From Takakia lepidozioides (lineage: Eukaryota; Plantae; Bryophyta): a DNA stretch of 64,000 nucleotides. The stretch is taken from NCBI GenBank assembly GCA_030704615.1, contig CM060734.1, positions 25,854,001-25,918,000 on the forward strand, read 5' to 3'. The notes under the pieces were generated by a model that made no database searches, was not told the DNA's origin, and was given only the letters and a program-made list of their open reading frames with translations. The translations under genes and the position numbers were made by a program. This document shows, piece after piece, positions 36,702 through 49,366 of this stretch (position 1 is the stretch's first letter; every line of letters begins with the position of its first letter).

Positions 36702-38270
36702 CTGGCTCGTGCATGGATTGCGACTCAACCCATCTGCATTGCGATTGATCAAACCCGGTCGATGCACCACCTGAAAGTCATACTCTTGAAGGATGAGTGC
36801 CCACCGTGCAAGCTTCCCCGTAAGCTTGTCTGACTCCATCAACCACTTGAGTGGTTGGTGATCCTCGACAAGGGTGAAGAGATTGCCGTATAGATAGCAC
36901 CTGAAGTGTGCCACGGCCCACACTGTAGCTAAGCATTCACCCTCATATGAGCTATACTTAGACTCTGCAGCATTGTTCGAGTGGCTAGCATAAGCCACTA
37001 CGAACTCTCTTCCCTCATCATCCACCTGTGTGAGCACCGCTCCAAGCCCCAGCATGCTCCAATATGTATGCAGCTGAAAAGGACGCCCCCTGATAGGTCG
37101 TCTCAAGATGGGCGCCGAGGTCAACCTCGCCTTGAGCTCTTGAAAAGCTTGTTCTTGCTCATCTTCCCACTGCCACTCCTGGTCCACCTTGGTCAGCTTG
37201 GTTAGAGCCTTTGCAATGGCACTGAATCCCTTAACAAACCGTCTGTAATAGTTTGCTAACCCCATGAAAGCTCAAACTCGGCTTACATCCGTGGGGCGTG
37301 GAACCTGTGCAATGGACTCTACCTTAGTCTGCTATACCCCCAATCCTCCAGGATATATCATGTGACCCAGATACTCAATCTGGTTGTGGAAAAACTTGCA
37401 CTTTCCCGGATGTAACTTCAATCCGTGCGCCCTCAAGCGCTCAAATACCCCCTGAAGGTGTCTCTCATGCTCCTCCACCGTAGCACTAAAGATGATGATG
37501 TCATCTATGTAGCACCGAGCAAACTCCACCCCTGCTAGAATCCTGTCCATGACTCTTTGAAACTCAGCGGGAGCGTTTTTAAGCCCAAATGGTAAGAACC
37601 GCCACTGGTATAGGCAATCCTTCCCGTGCTCATTGATCCCCCAGAATGCCGTCTTTTGCTTATCCGCCTCCTTGATCGGCAACTGGTGATATCCGGATCG
37701 TAAATCCAACATGCTAAAGACCTTGGAATGCCCAATGGCATCAAAGATCTCCTCTGGTGTCGGCATGGCATACCTATTGGACTTGGTCTGACGATTTATA
37801 GGCCGGTAATCACCGCACATACGTCTCTCCGTCCAATTGCCATAGACATCCTTCTTAGCTGGCATCACTGTGGCTGAAGCATACTCTCCACCAGAGAGCT
37901 CCACCAAACCTGCCTCCCAGAGATCTTGAGTCCTCATCTGAATCAAAGACCTCTCCATGTCACTGTATCTATAGGGTCTCCGAAAGATTGGCGTGTCAGT
38001 GGCCAACTCAATACGGATCTCTTGACCCTTCAGTGCTCCCAAGTCCTTCAAACTGAAGGCAAAGCAATTCCTGTAAGCCCTCAGGAACCACCGTATACGT
38101 CGTCTCTCTCCTCCGGTGACAATGGGTCCAATGTCAGGCTCCCAATTGTCCTCCGTAACTGCAACCTTAAGTCCAGTGGGCTTAGAGGTAGAGGACGCGT
38201 CCCGTGGTTGCTATGCTGCAACCTCTTGAGCAGTACTCCCTTCCTGCTCAGTCAATGACAAGGCCTCATC
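36702..38270 (-). pseudogene. pol: G3 reverse transcriptase and RNase H (in-frame stops)
   Basis: RMCGDYRPIN, LDLRSGYHQ, LPFGLKNA, YIDD; DHQPLKWL, NADGLSRNP. Confidence 0.92.
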
Positions 38271-39677
38271 CTACCCCATCATCTCATCATTGAGAACCTC
38301 CTCAACCCGAGAAGAATCCCCAACCTCATCCATCACAGCTGTCTTGGCTGCCAACTCCCTCTGGACCTCGAGCACCTCCCACGTGTGCCATGGATGTCTA
38401 CACCCCGTGGTCCTCACCGTCTCGCCCCCACTCGCTGCCTGTACCGTCTCGGTAGGCAGAGAGACCGTCAAGGTAAGTGCACTCCGCACTCTACGTTGCT
38501 CAGCCATAGCCAAGCTGATAATCCAGGTCAAGCAATTGAGATCCATTGCTTGCCCCAACACTTGACGCCGTGATGCCTCAGAAAGAGAAGGCACCGCCGT
38601 GGTCCCAGTGGAAAACCCCATAGCCCGCTCTCGCTCGTCGGCATTAGGCTCCACTAACTGCTGCAACTGAGCATCCCACAGGAGGCCAGGTCCACCATCC
38701 CGAAAAGCATGGGATCCTGGGAAGCTGAGCAGTGTAGGTAATGCTGCTCGTGGTTGACCCACCCTGTTGACCACTGCCAAAGGCGAACGGTCATCGTGTC
38801 TCACACGTTGAGACTGCCTCCTTGTGTCCAAAATGCCATCCACGGTGAGGTGTGCTGGCCGTTGAACCCCATCAAATGCACGCTTGAGTAGTGCGGGTGG
38901 CATCAAGTTAGTCCACCAAAGCCGTGGACGATGAGCCCGTGACCCCACTGCAGCTGCATCCATCAACACTGCTGACCCAAGCCACGACCGGACTTGATGC
39001 ACACTGGCCATCACCTTGGCCCGAGAATCACCCATCAGTGGCACATTCTCCAAGATGTATGCTGGCGATACAGCTTGGTGAAGCTGCAAGTGACACAAAA
39101 TCCGCACCATCTCCCAAAACAGACCCGTCCTCGAGTCTCGCAATCCATTGCCATGCCCGGCTGATGAATGCCCTTGGCAGGGCCAACCTGCCACTACCAG
39201 ATCAATGGAGCCAACCTGCTCCAAATCCGGCGCCCCCAGCAACGAAATGTCTGCTGGCAAGGCTTGTTGGTATCCACGAACTGCAGACACTGGCAACAAA
39301 GCAGGGTACTGTTGTACCAACTGAGCAACATGGCGCAGTGAGACGCGTCGTGCAGTCTCATCCCTCTCTACATACAGGTAACGTTGAACTCGTACATCTG
39401 CCTGTAGCACAGCAGCCAATCCGGTGCTGAACCCGCCAAACAAGTCCAGAAGGCGAATGCCTTCATCCGGATACTGCCATACAATAGGTGTGGTATCCAA
39501 TGGTGACAACTGAGGTGGTCCTGGTGCAATACCCGCACTCTCCTCCTCTCTTGACAGTACAAAAGCCTCTACCCAGGCTTGTTGCACCCATCGATCAGCA
39601 ACCTGTTGCAAATCCTTGCTCGTACCCCACAATGGAGTGTGAGCAACCATGGCAGGCAACTCCGCCATACCATGCAT
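38271..39677 (-). CDS. C5 cytosine DNA methyltransferase domain within G3 pol
   Basis: Motif I LDLFGGFSTG, IV GWPCQGHS, VI ILENV, VIII HRPRLWW, IX ERERAMGF, X RQVLGQAM, in canonical order. Confidence 0.92.
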   Translation of the reverse strand: MHGMAELPAMVAHTPLWGTSKDLQQVADRWVQQAWVEAFVLSREEESAGIAPGPPQLSPLDTTPIVWQYPDEGIRLLDLFGGFSTGLAAVLQADVRVQRYLYVERDETARRVSLRHVAQLVQQYPALLPVSAVRGYQQALPADISLLGAPDLEQVGSIDLVVAGWPCQGHSSAGHGNGLRDSRTGLFWEMVRILCHLQLHQAVSPAYILENVPLMGDSRAKVMASVHQVRSWLGSAVLMDAAAVGSRAHRPRLWWTNLMPPALLKRAFDGVQRPAHLTVDGILDTRRQSQRVRHDDRSPLAVVNRVGQPRAALPTLLSFPGSHAFRDGGPGLLWDAQLQQLVEPNADERERAMGFSTGTTAVPSLSEASRRQVLGQAMDLNCLTWIISLAMAEQRRVRSALTLTVSLPTETVQAASGGETVRTTGCRHPWHTWEVLEVQRELAAKTAVMDEVGDSSRVEEVLNDEMMG

Positions 39678-39830
39678 GTCATCCTACTCTACTGGAGGTG
39701 GCACATCCTTTGCATGGGCATTGCCCTCCAGCAACTCTCCAGGCCAAATAACTGCAGCTGTAAAGGCGGCTAGTGTTGGCATCTTGCCCCGCTGGGCAGC
39801 TGCTATACCCCCAATGAATGTCACAGGGAG

Positions 39831-42413
39831 CTATGCACGGCGACCATCGCCTGACTGCCATCCAGGCCTATAGGATGCTGACTCCTCCCAAAAGTCCAGG
39901 GTGAAGCCCATGGGGTATAACACTGCCCCACCAACGAGGACATCGTAAGAGACCGCGTCTGTCACAATGGCCTTGGCTCGCATTACTAAGCCATCGATAG
40001 GATGATCCGGCTGCAGTCTAATGGCCAACTGATGCCGTGTCATGCCCCGAGCCTGCTCTGATCCTCCCAGAGATGTCTGTATCTGGAAAGGACAAGGCTC
40101 CATATCCGCCTCCATGAGGCCCAAACCTGCAATAGCAGCTCTGCCCAACATCAGTGGCTGAGCTCCCGAGTCCAACAAGACCCGCAGTGGCCGGTACTTC
40201 TTGCCTGCCGGTCCACTCAAAGTGAAAATGCCTCCCTGGTTGTCTAACAAGACAACTCCAGGTGTCACCATGGCGCGCTCAAAGGCTGGCCTAGCTGGCA
40301 GCTCCGTCAACCTGGCAGCTGCAGCTTGCCAGGGCGCAGTCGTGGCAGTCTTGACCCTCAAATCCGAGGATCCCTCTGCCACTACACCTTCCACTAACTC
40401 CGCAGAAGATGAAGTGACCTCCCCACTCTCACAGAGTGTTGCTGCTAGTCTGAACACTGCAGCTGGCCTTACCCCCGGCGTCGCAATCATGGTTGCCGAG
40501 AACAGTGGGGCTTGACACACAGAGGTGGCTGCCCCCAATAACACACCGGCTGCACTAGCCTTGGTAGCAGGTGTCAGTGCTGCACGTGTAGCTCTCCCCA
40601 ATGGCATAGTAACCTCCGCCTCGGTAACAGTCGGGTGAGAACTAGGTGCCATGGATGGCGTCGACACAGTCTCCGCCAACGTGAATGACTGAGGAAGCCT
40701 CGCCTGACGGCTTGCCTCCCCACGCTGTGGATCCAATTCCACCTCTGCACCTCGTGGCTCAGGAACTCGTGCTGCTCCTCGAGTCACGGCTGCAGCAGAC
40801 TCCACCTACTCTAGTGGTAGTGCTGCTCCGCACATGAATCCCATGCCTCCCATATCTCCTCCCTCAGGAGCAAGAGGTGGACCATCCCGCCTGGGAGCCG
40901 GTACCGCCTGAGCTATAGCCATGGCAGCGAGCCTCTGCTTTAGCTGCTGAAGCCGATTGGCCATGCCTTGGTCAACACCCTGACCTCCGCGTCCTTGGCC
41001 ATGTGGAGCTTGCCCTTGGCCTGCACCTCGTGCCCGACCACCTCGTCCTCTTTGGGCTGGTCCACCTCGCCCCCGGCCACCATTGTTCCCTTGGAACTGG
41101 CCTGGGCGCAACTCAGGATGCAAGTCATAACACTGGGCATCTCCATGCCCATACTTGCCACAATGCCCACACTGCAACTGTGCAGGCTGTGCTTGTGCCG
41201 GCCTTTTGCCACTCTCTAGGCAATCTCTCTTGACATGGGGTCCTCCACATGTCCAACATATCACCCCTGGTTGCTATTGGCCTGCAAAAGATGCCACGGG
41301 CCTCTGCACCTGAGGTCCCCTGTAAGCTCCATGGAACTTGGGCTGGGCAACCTTGCCCCCCTGACCACGCTGTTGGGCAGTCCCTTGTGCCTGTGGGCTG
41401 ACAGCTGTGCCCCGTGCAGGCATGTCCTTGCCAAATCCAATTGTAACAACTCGCTCCTCCACCATGTTGAGCTCAATCCGCTCAGCCAGCAGAAACACAT
41501 CTGTTAATGTGGGTTGGGCTGCTTGTAACAGGGTTGCATCTCGCACCCTTCTCTTGAGCTCCTTGTCCAGAATTCCATACCAAAACTGGATTGCCTGAGC
41601 TTCAGTAACCCCTTGGGTCACACTTATCAAGCGCCTCATACGAGTGTACGCCTCTCGCAGGCTCTCACTGGGTTTGCGCTGGAAGTCTTGCAAACTTCGT
41701 AGCTTCTCTGTCCATACACCTTGGTAGTTCCTCCGCAACTCCTGGAAGAACTCCACCACCGGGTTGAATCTAGGCACATGTGTTGTAGTCGTGGCAAGAG
41801 GAGTAGTAGCACCTTTTGAACTGGTACCACCTGCAGAAGTACCAGCACTACTTGCTCCACTACTAGTGCTGGCAGTGGGAGCTATTGGTACTGATGCAGC
41901 TACTGGTCGCGTCGTGCCTCGAGTAATGGAGACGTAGTCAGGTGACCGATACATCCTCCACTCCTCAATCTCTGCTTCATGTCCTCGCCTGAACTCGTGG
42001 TAATCGTCCATAGGCGGGCCTTCCAAATGCTAGAACAGTCCCTTCCACGCCATGAATGGGGTGAATAGCTGTGGATTGCGCATCTGCTGCAAATCACACC
42101 AGCTGTCGAACTCCTGGATAAAGTCATCCAACTCGATTGTGCCCACAGCTCCAGAGTACCTACGAGGCCCCTTGGTAGCTCCATACATCTCCTCCATGTC
42201 GTCCCACAACAATGGCGAATGAAAGTGCACACCTGTTGATGAAGCCTCCGAGTCTGTGTCTGACTCTACAGTAATTGAGGGTGGCGGTGAAGGTGGTCTG
42301 AACCGAATACCTCGTCTTGTGAACCCACTCTCACTGTTACTGCCTGTAGCCGTACTCCCCTCAAAACCCTTGGGTAACTCCGTAATGACACTCACAATGT
42401 GCACCTCCTCCAC
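39831..42413 (-). pseudogene. gag: G3 gag, zinc knuckles and aspartic protease (stops/frameshifts)
   Basis: LDDFIQEFDSWC; FQRKPSESLREAY; CWTCGGPHVKRDC and CGHCGKYGHGDAQC; VLLDSGAQP. Confidence 0.88.
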
Positions 42414-42932
42414 GTGACACTATAAGGCTCTAGTACTAATCTAATAGTGACATGGGTGGGCACCTGTTGCAGTTTAAGGGTCATATCCCAATGGCTCAGG
42501 GCACCTGCACCTGCATCCACCGCAAGAACTCCTATGGTTGGCTGGTCATCAACCCAGCCTCACCATAGAAGAAACACTGGTGGTCTTGCTGGTCATCACT
42601 CCAGCCTCACCACCGACAGCATACTCTAGGATTGACCGGGGATCAAATCCGGCCTAATCCCTATGAAAGCAAGCGCCCACACAAAACCAACATGGCGCAC
42701 AGTCAAGCATGCAGGTATTGGGGGGGATCCAAACACAAGAAATCAAAACATCAACACCCCCACACCAAAATCCAGCTGCAATGCTGATCCTGCAGAATAG
42801 CCCAGCCCAAAACCCCGGATTGACTGGCCTCCACCAAGAGAGGCTTTGGCAACTACAAGTACAAGGTAATGAAAATAATACAAAGATGGATGGGAAGAAT
42901 AGAAGCCCGACCAAGCAAGATCTAATCCTGAT

Positions 42933-43682
42933 CTATGCTATCAACTGCCAGACTTCTCTCAAAGTGCCTCGCTCTGCATGATGGTAAGGTGTAGGAGGTA
43001 TATCTATGTCCAGAAACCTGCCACTAACCTTGTCCCAAGCTATAGTAGCTCGCTCTAACCAACCCTCCTCCTCTTTCTGCCAGGTAGAGACAAAGCAATA
43101 CTCCCCTATCTCCCGCTCACTAAACACTAAGGAAAACAAAGGTAGGGTCTGATAGTCTCTCAACTCAAAAGCTTTGAGACGGTTGCGGGTGTCCTCATTG
43201 CGAATGATTGCATCTCCTTCAAACAGAACAAACTTGTCCTCGCTAATGAACCCCCGCTCGTGGTTGCCTTGTGCAGAGCGTGTCCGGCTGCAACGCTGTC
43301 TGATTGCACAAACTTGTGTAGCTCCTGCTCCTCTACTCCAGTACACCACGGCCTTGTGGCTGAACACCTTGGTCCCCGGGGCTGTCTTTGGCTGTGTTCC
43401 AAGCCTAGCTTTCACCCACTTTGGTATTTCACCTACAGCTGCAGAACTGTTGGCTCCAACAGAGTTCTGACTGTCCAAAGCGATATTGAGGCCCTCAATG
43501 CCAACTACAGCAGTCTGTTGTCCACTGCTAATGCCTGACTCCCAGTATGCAGTCAACTCGTCCAACTGTTCTCCACTCAAATCAGTCTGAGTTCCTTGGG
43601 AAACATAAATCTTGCCCCCTTGTGTGCACAGGCTAAGAGACGAGACCTGCCCTTCAATTACGTCCTCATTTCCCCCAGCCAT
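42933..43682 (-). CDS. 249-aa ORF of unknown function upstream of G3 gag
   Basis: Uninterrupted ATG-initiated sense ORF in the element leader; no recognised motif. Confidence 0.5.
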   Translation of the reverse strand: MAGGNEDVIEGQVSSLSLCTQGGKIYVSQGTQTDLSGEQLDELTAYWESGISSGQQTAVVGIEGLNIALDSQNSVGANSSAAVGEIPKWVKARLGTQPKTAPGTKVFSHKAVVYWSRGAGATQVCAIRQRCSRTRSAQGNHERGFISEDKFVLFEGDAIIRNEDTRNRLKAFELRDYQTLPLFSLVFSEREIGEYCFVSTWQKEEEGWLERATIAWDKVSGRFLDIDIPPTPYHHAERGTLREVWQLIA

Positions 43683-45754
43683 ACAAGGAGGACATCCACA
43701 GATTTGTCTATCATATAGACCAGAACAGGTTCTAGAAACAGAATTGTGGATCGTTCATGGCACACTCGCACTCTAAAAATTCCATAGATTTTTAGCAGAG
43801 TCCCAAAAACAAAAAAACCAGGTCTAGATTGGTAGATTTCCCCTTTCTGCAGCTATCCCCTCAAAAACTGAGTCAAACGGAGTCCATTTGACAAAGATAT
43901 GACCAATTAGGCTCTAAATCATTTGAATTAGATCAAAAAGGCCTTTTCTTTTTTTTTAAACACCAAAACGTTCTCGCCATTAAAAACTGCTCCCAAGTCA
44001 CCTACGAGTTCCCAACACGTCCAGGTAGTTCGTCCAGGTAGGGGCGATTTCAAGAGCAGGTCAAGAGATGCACTGCACAACACCTTCATGGCTTATGGAC
44101 AGGCGGCCTGCAATCGAAAGATTCGTCGATGGTTGCTGGACTTCCACAACACATCTGCCACATCGGAACCACAGCTTCACTTCACCAACATTCAGCACAA
44201 CAGGAGCAGAGCAGAGCATACAAGAGCTTGGCCGTTGATTGCGACACCTGCTGTGTGTGAAGTTTGAGAATTGAGCTGCTTTTTTGATGTCTGTGGTTCT
44301 ACTGTGGTGTTGTACGTGTGCTCCTTGGACCTGTTGGACCTCCCGCAGACGTGATAACTTTCTTTTCTTCTTATCCCTGAACCCTCCTGAGGCCCTATAC
44401 ATTCTTGTTTTTGGCCATTTTGGAAGGAGGCCATTGGCCTTTCTTCCTTAACTTGCGCTTGCCCACCAGCCTCTTCCTTCGAAGCTCCAATCGTTTAGCC
44501 TTCTTTTTTAACAATTAGGCTTCTGACTTGAGGGAAACTATGGCTGGGATGGTGACCTCAGGAACAATCTCGACCTCTGACTCTGGGGCATCTCCAGCAG
44601 CCCTGGCTACCACATTCCTCTCCGTTGTGGCCTTCCACGTCAAGGACGCACCGGCTGCGACCTGCCCACTGTAATCTCCAAGTTCTTTTCTATACTTCAA
44701 ACCCACTCTAAATCCAGAAAACAGCCCGCAAGCAGGTCTCCACTGCGAGCTTGCCGAGGCAGCAGATGGTGAGAGAGACAAGGACACATTGGAGAAGGTC
44801 GGCACAAGGGCCTGGGAAAGAAGGAACGCCAAAGGTTGCAGAGTTCTCTGGTACGCCAAAGCCAAGTTCTGAAGGCGGGATTCCCCCTATTGCCCAGGTT
44901 GGGCACAAGCTGGGCATTTACGGAAACCCCTCCGAGAAGCAGATGAGGCTCTCGGCAGATTGCCCTGCAGGTTTTGCTTGTAAATCAGTCTTGTTAGCCA
45001 GCGATTGTAGGGCCTACACCTGAAGCTCCGGGAACATCAATTAATCAACGATCTCCTCCAGCAAAATGGGAGTGTCACAGGTTGTCTTCCATCAACATTC
45101 ACTACTTCATGTGCTTGGCTATTTGGGCCTGTTTTTTTCCCGCCCTAACTTGCTTAAATGCTCCAGTGTGTGCTCTTGTACCCGAGCCCTTCTTAGCTTG
45201 CAATGTCCTTCACAGAGCCGTCCTCATCGACAACTGTCCATATTGCTTTAACAAGGTATGGATGTGTCACCATTGGACTGACCAGGTATAGCAAGGCTGC
45301 AGAACAATCTGCCTCTCGCAGTGCTCCTGTACAGTTGCAGTTATAGCGACGCACCGAGTGCCCAACTTGCAGTAGTAATGCAACCGCAAGCGCTTGTTCC
45401 CCTGTCACAACCACACTCTTGCATGCACGCTGCACACACGCTTCCACCTCCGGAGAAGAAGTCCAGGGACAGAGTTGCGGTTGTCAGCAGCTACCAACAG
45501 ACACAGTCTTCCTTACATTTGCGTATCATCCTGCTGCTCCACCATGATATCTCCTCACTGACCAAAACGAAGGCTGCTTCCATGCAGTGTAGCTCCGTCC
45601 TGCCCGGCGGCCTTATGCCAGAACCAACGCTGATCGAAACCTGCATATTTTGTTTTTTTTTTTTTTTTTTAAGCTTCTTAAACTAAGCACTACTCTCACA
45701 CAGGTAATCATACAAGTGCTAACCCTCAACTCCTACCTTGCACTCACAGGTAAG

Positions 45755-45771
45755 AGCTCATCTCTCTCGAG
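45755..45771 (-). promoter_or_regulatory. Self-complementary (Tf1-like) primer-binding site of G3
   Basis: Sense CTCGAGAGAGATGAGCT directly after the 5' repeat is complementary to 45962-45978 inside that repeat; no TGG tRNA-type PBS. Confidence 0.72.
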
Positions 45772-46127
45772 TGATAGAACAAGCTAAGAGACACACTGCT
45801 CACACCAGAAACAACATGAATCCATCGCTATCACTCTTTAAAACAGAAGTCGAGCCAGGGGCACCCCAAGCTATGGGGACTCCACCCCACAACAACCTAC
45901 ACTCCCATCATAAGCACACTCAAATCTAAACGCATGAAGGAGCTCGGTCGCGCAGGCTCAACTCGAGAGAGATGAGCTACGCGACTGCCGCTCTCGTGAA
46001 GATAAGACGGTTCAGGTGTCAAACTAAACTTGACACCTGATTTAACACTTGACCTAAATCCAAGTGTTAAATACAAATAACTAGCTTTATTCTAGTTGTT
46101 TTCACACTGTGCTTATTTAACTTGACA
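45772..46127 (-). repeat. G3 5' terminal repeat (356-bp unit only)
   Basis: TG..CA bounded; matches 20455-20810; lacks the 85-bp unit. Confidence 0.92.
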
Positions 46128-46131
46128 AAGA

Positions 46132-49100
46132 GCTCAAGAGGAAGAGTAAGAAGAAGGAGAAGTTGAAGAGGGATAACTATGAGAAAAAGCTGGAAGAAAT
46201 CTTGAAAAAGTATGCCACAGAGGCTGCAACACATTGGAGAAATGGTGTTTGGTGTGCAAAATGTCAGAATGAAGGCCATATCATAGCTGAATGTCACATG
46301 AAGGAGAAACACTGTACTATCTGTAAAATGGATAACCATTCTACTGAGAATTGTTATTACAACAGAAGGACAGCTGCAAGAGAACCTCTAGGCAAGTAAG
46401 GGTGTATCAAGTGCAGCCCCAGCAAGGAAGAAACAATGATCAGGACCACTATGGTAGACCTGGTGGATATAACAATGGTATGGCAGGGAGGGGGCCAGAG
46501 GCAACTATCAGGGTAATCCCAGGGGGAATTACAAGCCAAGGAATCAGGATTATAGAAATAATCCCAGAATAGACCAAGGGCGAGGACCCAATGGTGAATA
46601 ATTGTGTTATTATTGTAATCAGGCAGGACATCGCAAAGCAGCCTGTCCATTCTGGATCAGACACCAAAATGAGATGAGAGCGCCTGTGAATGAAGGCCCA
46701 GTGGTGGCAGCTCACATGGTTAGGCCATGTTTTGTACCAGAAATAAGTACAATGATAGTGACCAGAAGCAAAGCTAAACTAATACCTCCAGAGGATGAGG
46801 AAGAAGATGTTAATGAAGATGGTAGTGATGTGCCTGAAGATGATGAGGCTTGGAGGGATGAGAAGGAACTGCACAAGGAAGTGGCTGATATCATAAGGGA
46901 AATGCAGAAGGATACTGATATCCCTATGGCAAATTCTTCTGACTCTGAAAGAGAAGATGAAGAAGGTGAAGAGAAAGTGAAGCAAGAGGCTTCACAAGTG
47001 CAGGGTGATGAAGGGACTTTGGCTGAAGTAATATGCCAGTCCAAAGCTGAGATTACCATTGGACAGCTATTGGCTATGGCACCTCATTCTAGGCACAGGC
47101 TGTATCCAGCAATCAATCAGATTGCTCATGTGACAGAGAACACGGACCTGAACAGCAAGGTGACAAGTTATAATGTGAAGCCTGAAGGGCGAGAAATAGA
47201 CATGGACTTTGATGATTCTATGCCAGTAATCTAGTTGAGAATTGGAAGCAAAGACTTGATTGATGTACTGATAGATGGAGGCGCAGGAGTGAATATTATA
47301 ACAGACCAGTTAAGCTTGGTCTAAGTAACATGAAACCAGCCCCATTCACAGTAACAATGGCATATCAAAGGAGTGTAGAGCCATTAGGCTTGATAAGAGG
47401 AGTTAAGATACAGATTCAGAAGATGATCTTTAAGATCACAGTGACTGTGTTGAAAATGGATGATGTCATGGAAGCTTACTGAGAAGACCAGGGAAAGACA
47501 ACTTTTATCACAGACTGGGGTGCTTATGCATACAAAGTCATGCCTTTTGGACTTTGTAATGCACTAGCAACTTTTCAGAGGGTGATAAGTGAATCCTTCC
47601 ATGAGTATCTGGATGATTTCATGCAAGTGTTCTTAAATGACTTCAGTGTGTACAGCTCTAAGAATGAGCACTTGAAGAAGTTGGAGTTATGTTTGGCCAG
47701 ATGCAGGATGAGAAGTCTTGGTCTGAATCCAGAAAAGTGTACTTTCTGCGTGAACTCAGGGGTACTACTGGGACACATTGTGTGTAAGAAGGGATTGCTT
47801 GTGGATCCTAGAAAGACAGAGGCTATTAAAGCCTCACCACCACCAAGTAACGTTAAGGGTCTAAAGAGGTTCCTTGGACAAACTATTTATTATAGAAGGT
47901 TTGTCAGACGATATGCACATATGGCAGCCCCATTGAGCAAGTTTTTGAAGAAGGATGCAGTGTTTGCATGGATGGCTGAATGTCAACAGGCATTGGAAAC
48001 ACTTACATTGTCAGTAATAACTACACTTGTGCTGATTAACCCTCACTGGCATGTAGTATTTCATGTACACTGTGATGCCTCAGGAGAAGCATTGGGAGCT
48101 GTGTTAGCCCAGAATGTCACAGGAAATATAGATTCACCTGTGTACTATGCTAGCAGATTGTTGAACAGTGCAGAGAGGAACTATAGCACTACTGAAAGAG
48201 AAGCTTTGGCAATGATTTATGCAATTAAGAAATTCAGGCATTACCTATTGGGCAGGAAGTTTATGTTTTATGTGGATCATCAGGCTCTGATTCATCTGGT
48301 GAACAAGCCTTTGATAAGTGGCAAGATAGCAAGATGGATGATAATCTTGCACGAGTTTGAATTTGAAGTTATTTACAAGCCTGGCCGTTTGCATCTTGTG
48401 GCAGATCACTTGTCACGGCTATCAACAGGAGAGGCCGCTACGGGAGTAGACGACCAACTGCCTGATGCGAGATTATTTGCAGTGGAGGTATGGGGAAGTG
48501 CAGATGATTGGTTAGATTGGCAATGGCCAAGCAGATACTACCTTACTCATGGTCAATGCCCACCCAGTTATGGGAAGGAACAGAGGAAGAGAATAGCTAT
48601 CAAGGCTTTACCCTACACTATGATAGGTGGCAGATTGTATAAGCTAGGACCTGATGGAGTTCTTAAACGATGCTTATACCACCATGAAGTAAATAAAGTT
48701 TTGGAAGAAGTTCATAAAGGAGTGGCTGGAGGACATTTTGGAGAGGTGACTACCAAAATGTACCTATATGAGAACATACTCACAAGGTTTGGCTGTCCCC
48801 TGGAATTTATCAGTGACCAAAGAAGTCACTTCATTAATGAGACCATAAAACTATTGACTAAAGAGTTCATGATTGTGCACAGGAAGAGTACAACCTATTA
48901 CCCACAGGGCAATGGGCAGGAAGAGGCCACCAACAAAATGCTATGTACTATTTTGGCTAAGATAGTCAATGCTAACAGAACGGATTGGGATACAAAGTTG
49001 CTGACAGCTTTGTGGTCATACAAGACTTCATATAAAGTCACAACCAAGTATACACCATTCCAATTAGTTTATGGTATGGAAGCTTTACTTCCAGTTGAAT

Positions 49101-49366
49101 TCTTATTACCTACTATGAGAACGGAATGGAGAAGAAGAATGGAATTGGAGGATTCAATTAAAGTCGGGAAACATGAATTATATCATGTGGAAGAAGTACG
49201 TGCTGATGCAGCATATAACATTACCAGAATTCAGATGATAAAACTTATAAGCTTAAGTCACAATGGAAATGACCTTATGTCATACAGAAGATGTATGATA
49301 ACAACACAGCCATGTTACAAACCATTAACAAAGAGATGCTTGGAAGAGTCAATGCCAATAAGTTGA
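46132..49366 (+). pseudogene. gag-pol: G2 gag-pol remainder (CCHC knuckles, protease, RT, RNase H, partial integrase) with stops and internal deletions
   Basis: CAKCQNEGHIIAEC, CYYCNQAGHRKAAC, LIDGGAG, MPFGLCNA, FLNDF (degenerate YxDD), HCDAS, ADHLSR, ISDQ..PQGNGQ. Confidence 0.88.

Larger units (their letters stand above)
20369..46127 (-). mobile_element. Ty3/Gypsy retrotransposon G3 with C5-MTase and PHD finger, permuted LTRs, interrupted by element B
   Basis: TG..CA termini; AAGA TSD at 20365-20368 and 46128-46131; gag-PR-MTase-RT-RH-IN-PHD on the minus strand. Confidence 0.92.

Noticed and set aside
45650-45670. Poly-T tract as the tail of a retrocopy/SINE
   Set aside because: No flanking duplication or recognisable body; it lies ~100 bp inside the G3 leader.
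20369-46127. DIRS/Ngaro-type tyrosine-recombinase retroelement suggested by the split repeats
   Set aside because: It encodes an HHCC/DDE integrase, has TG..CA ends, a PPT and a 4-bp TSD; no tyrosine recombinase motifs were seen.
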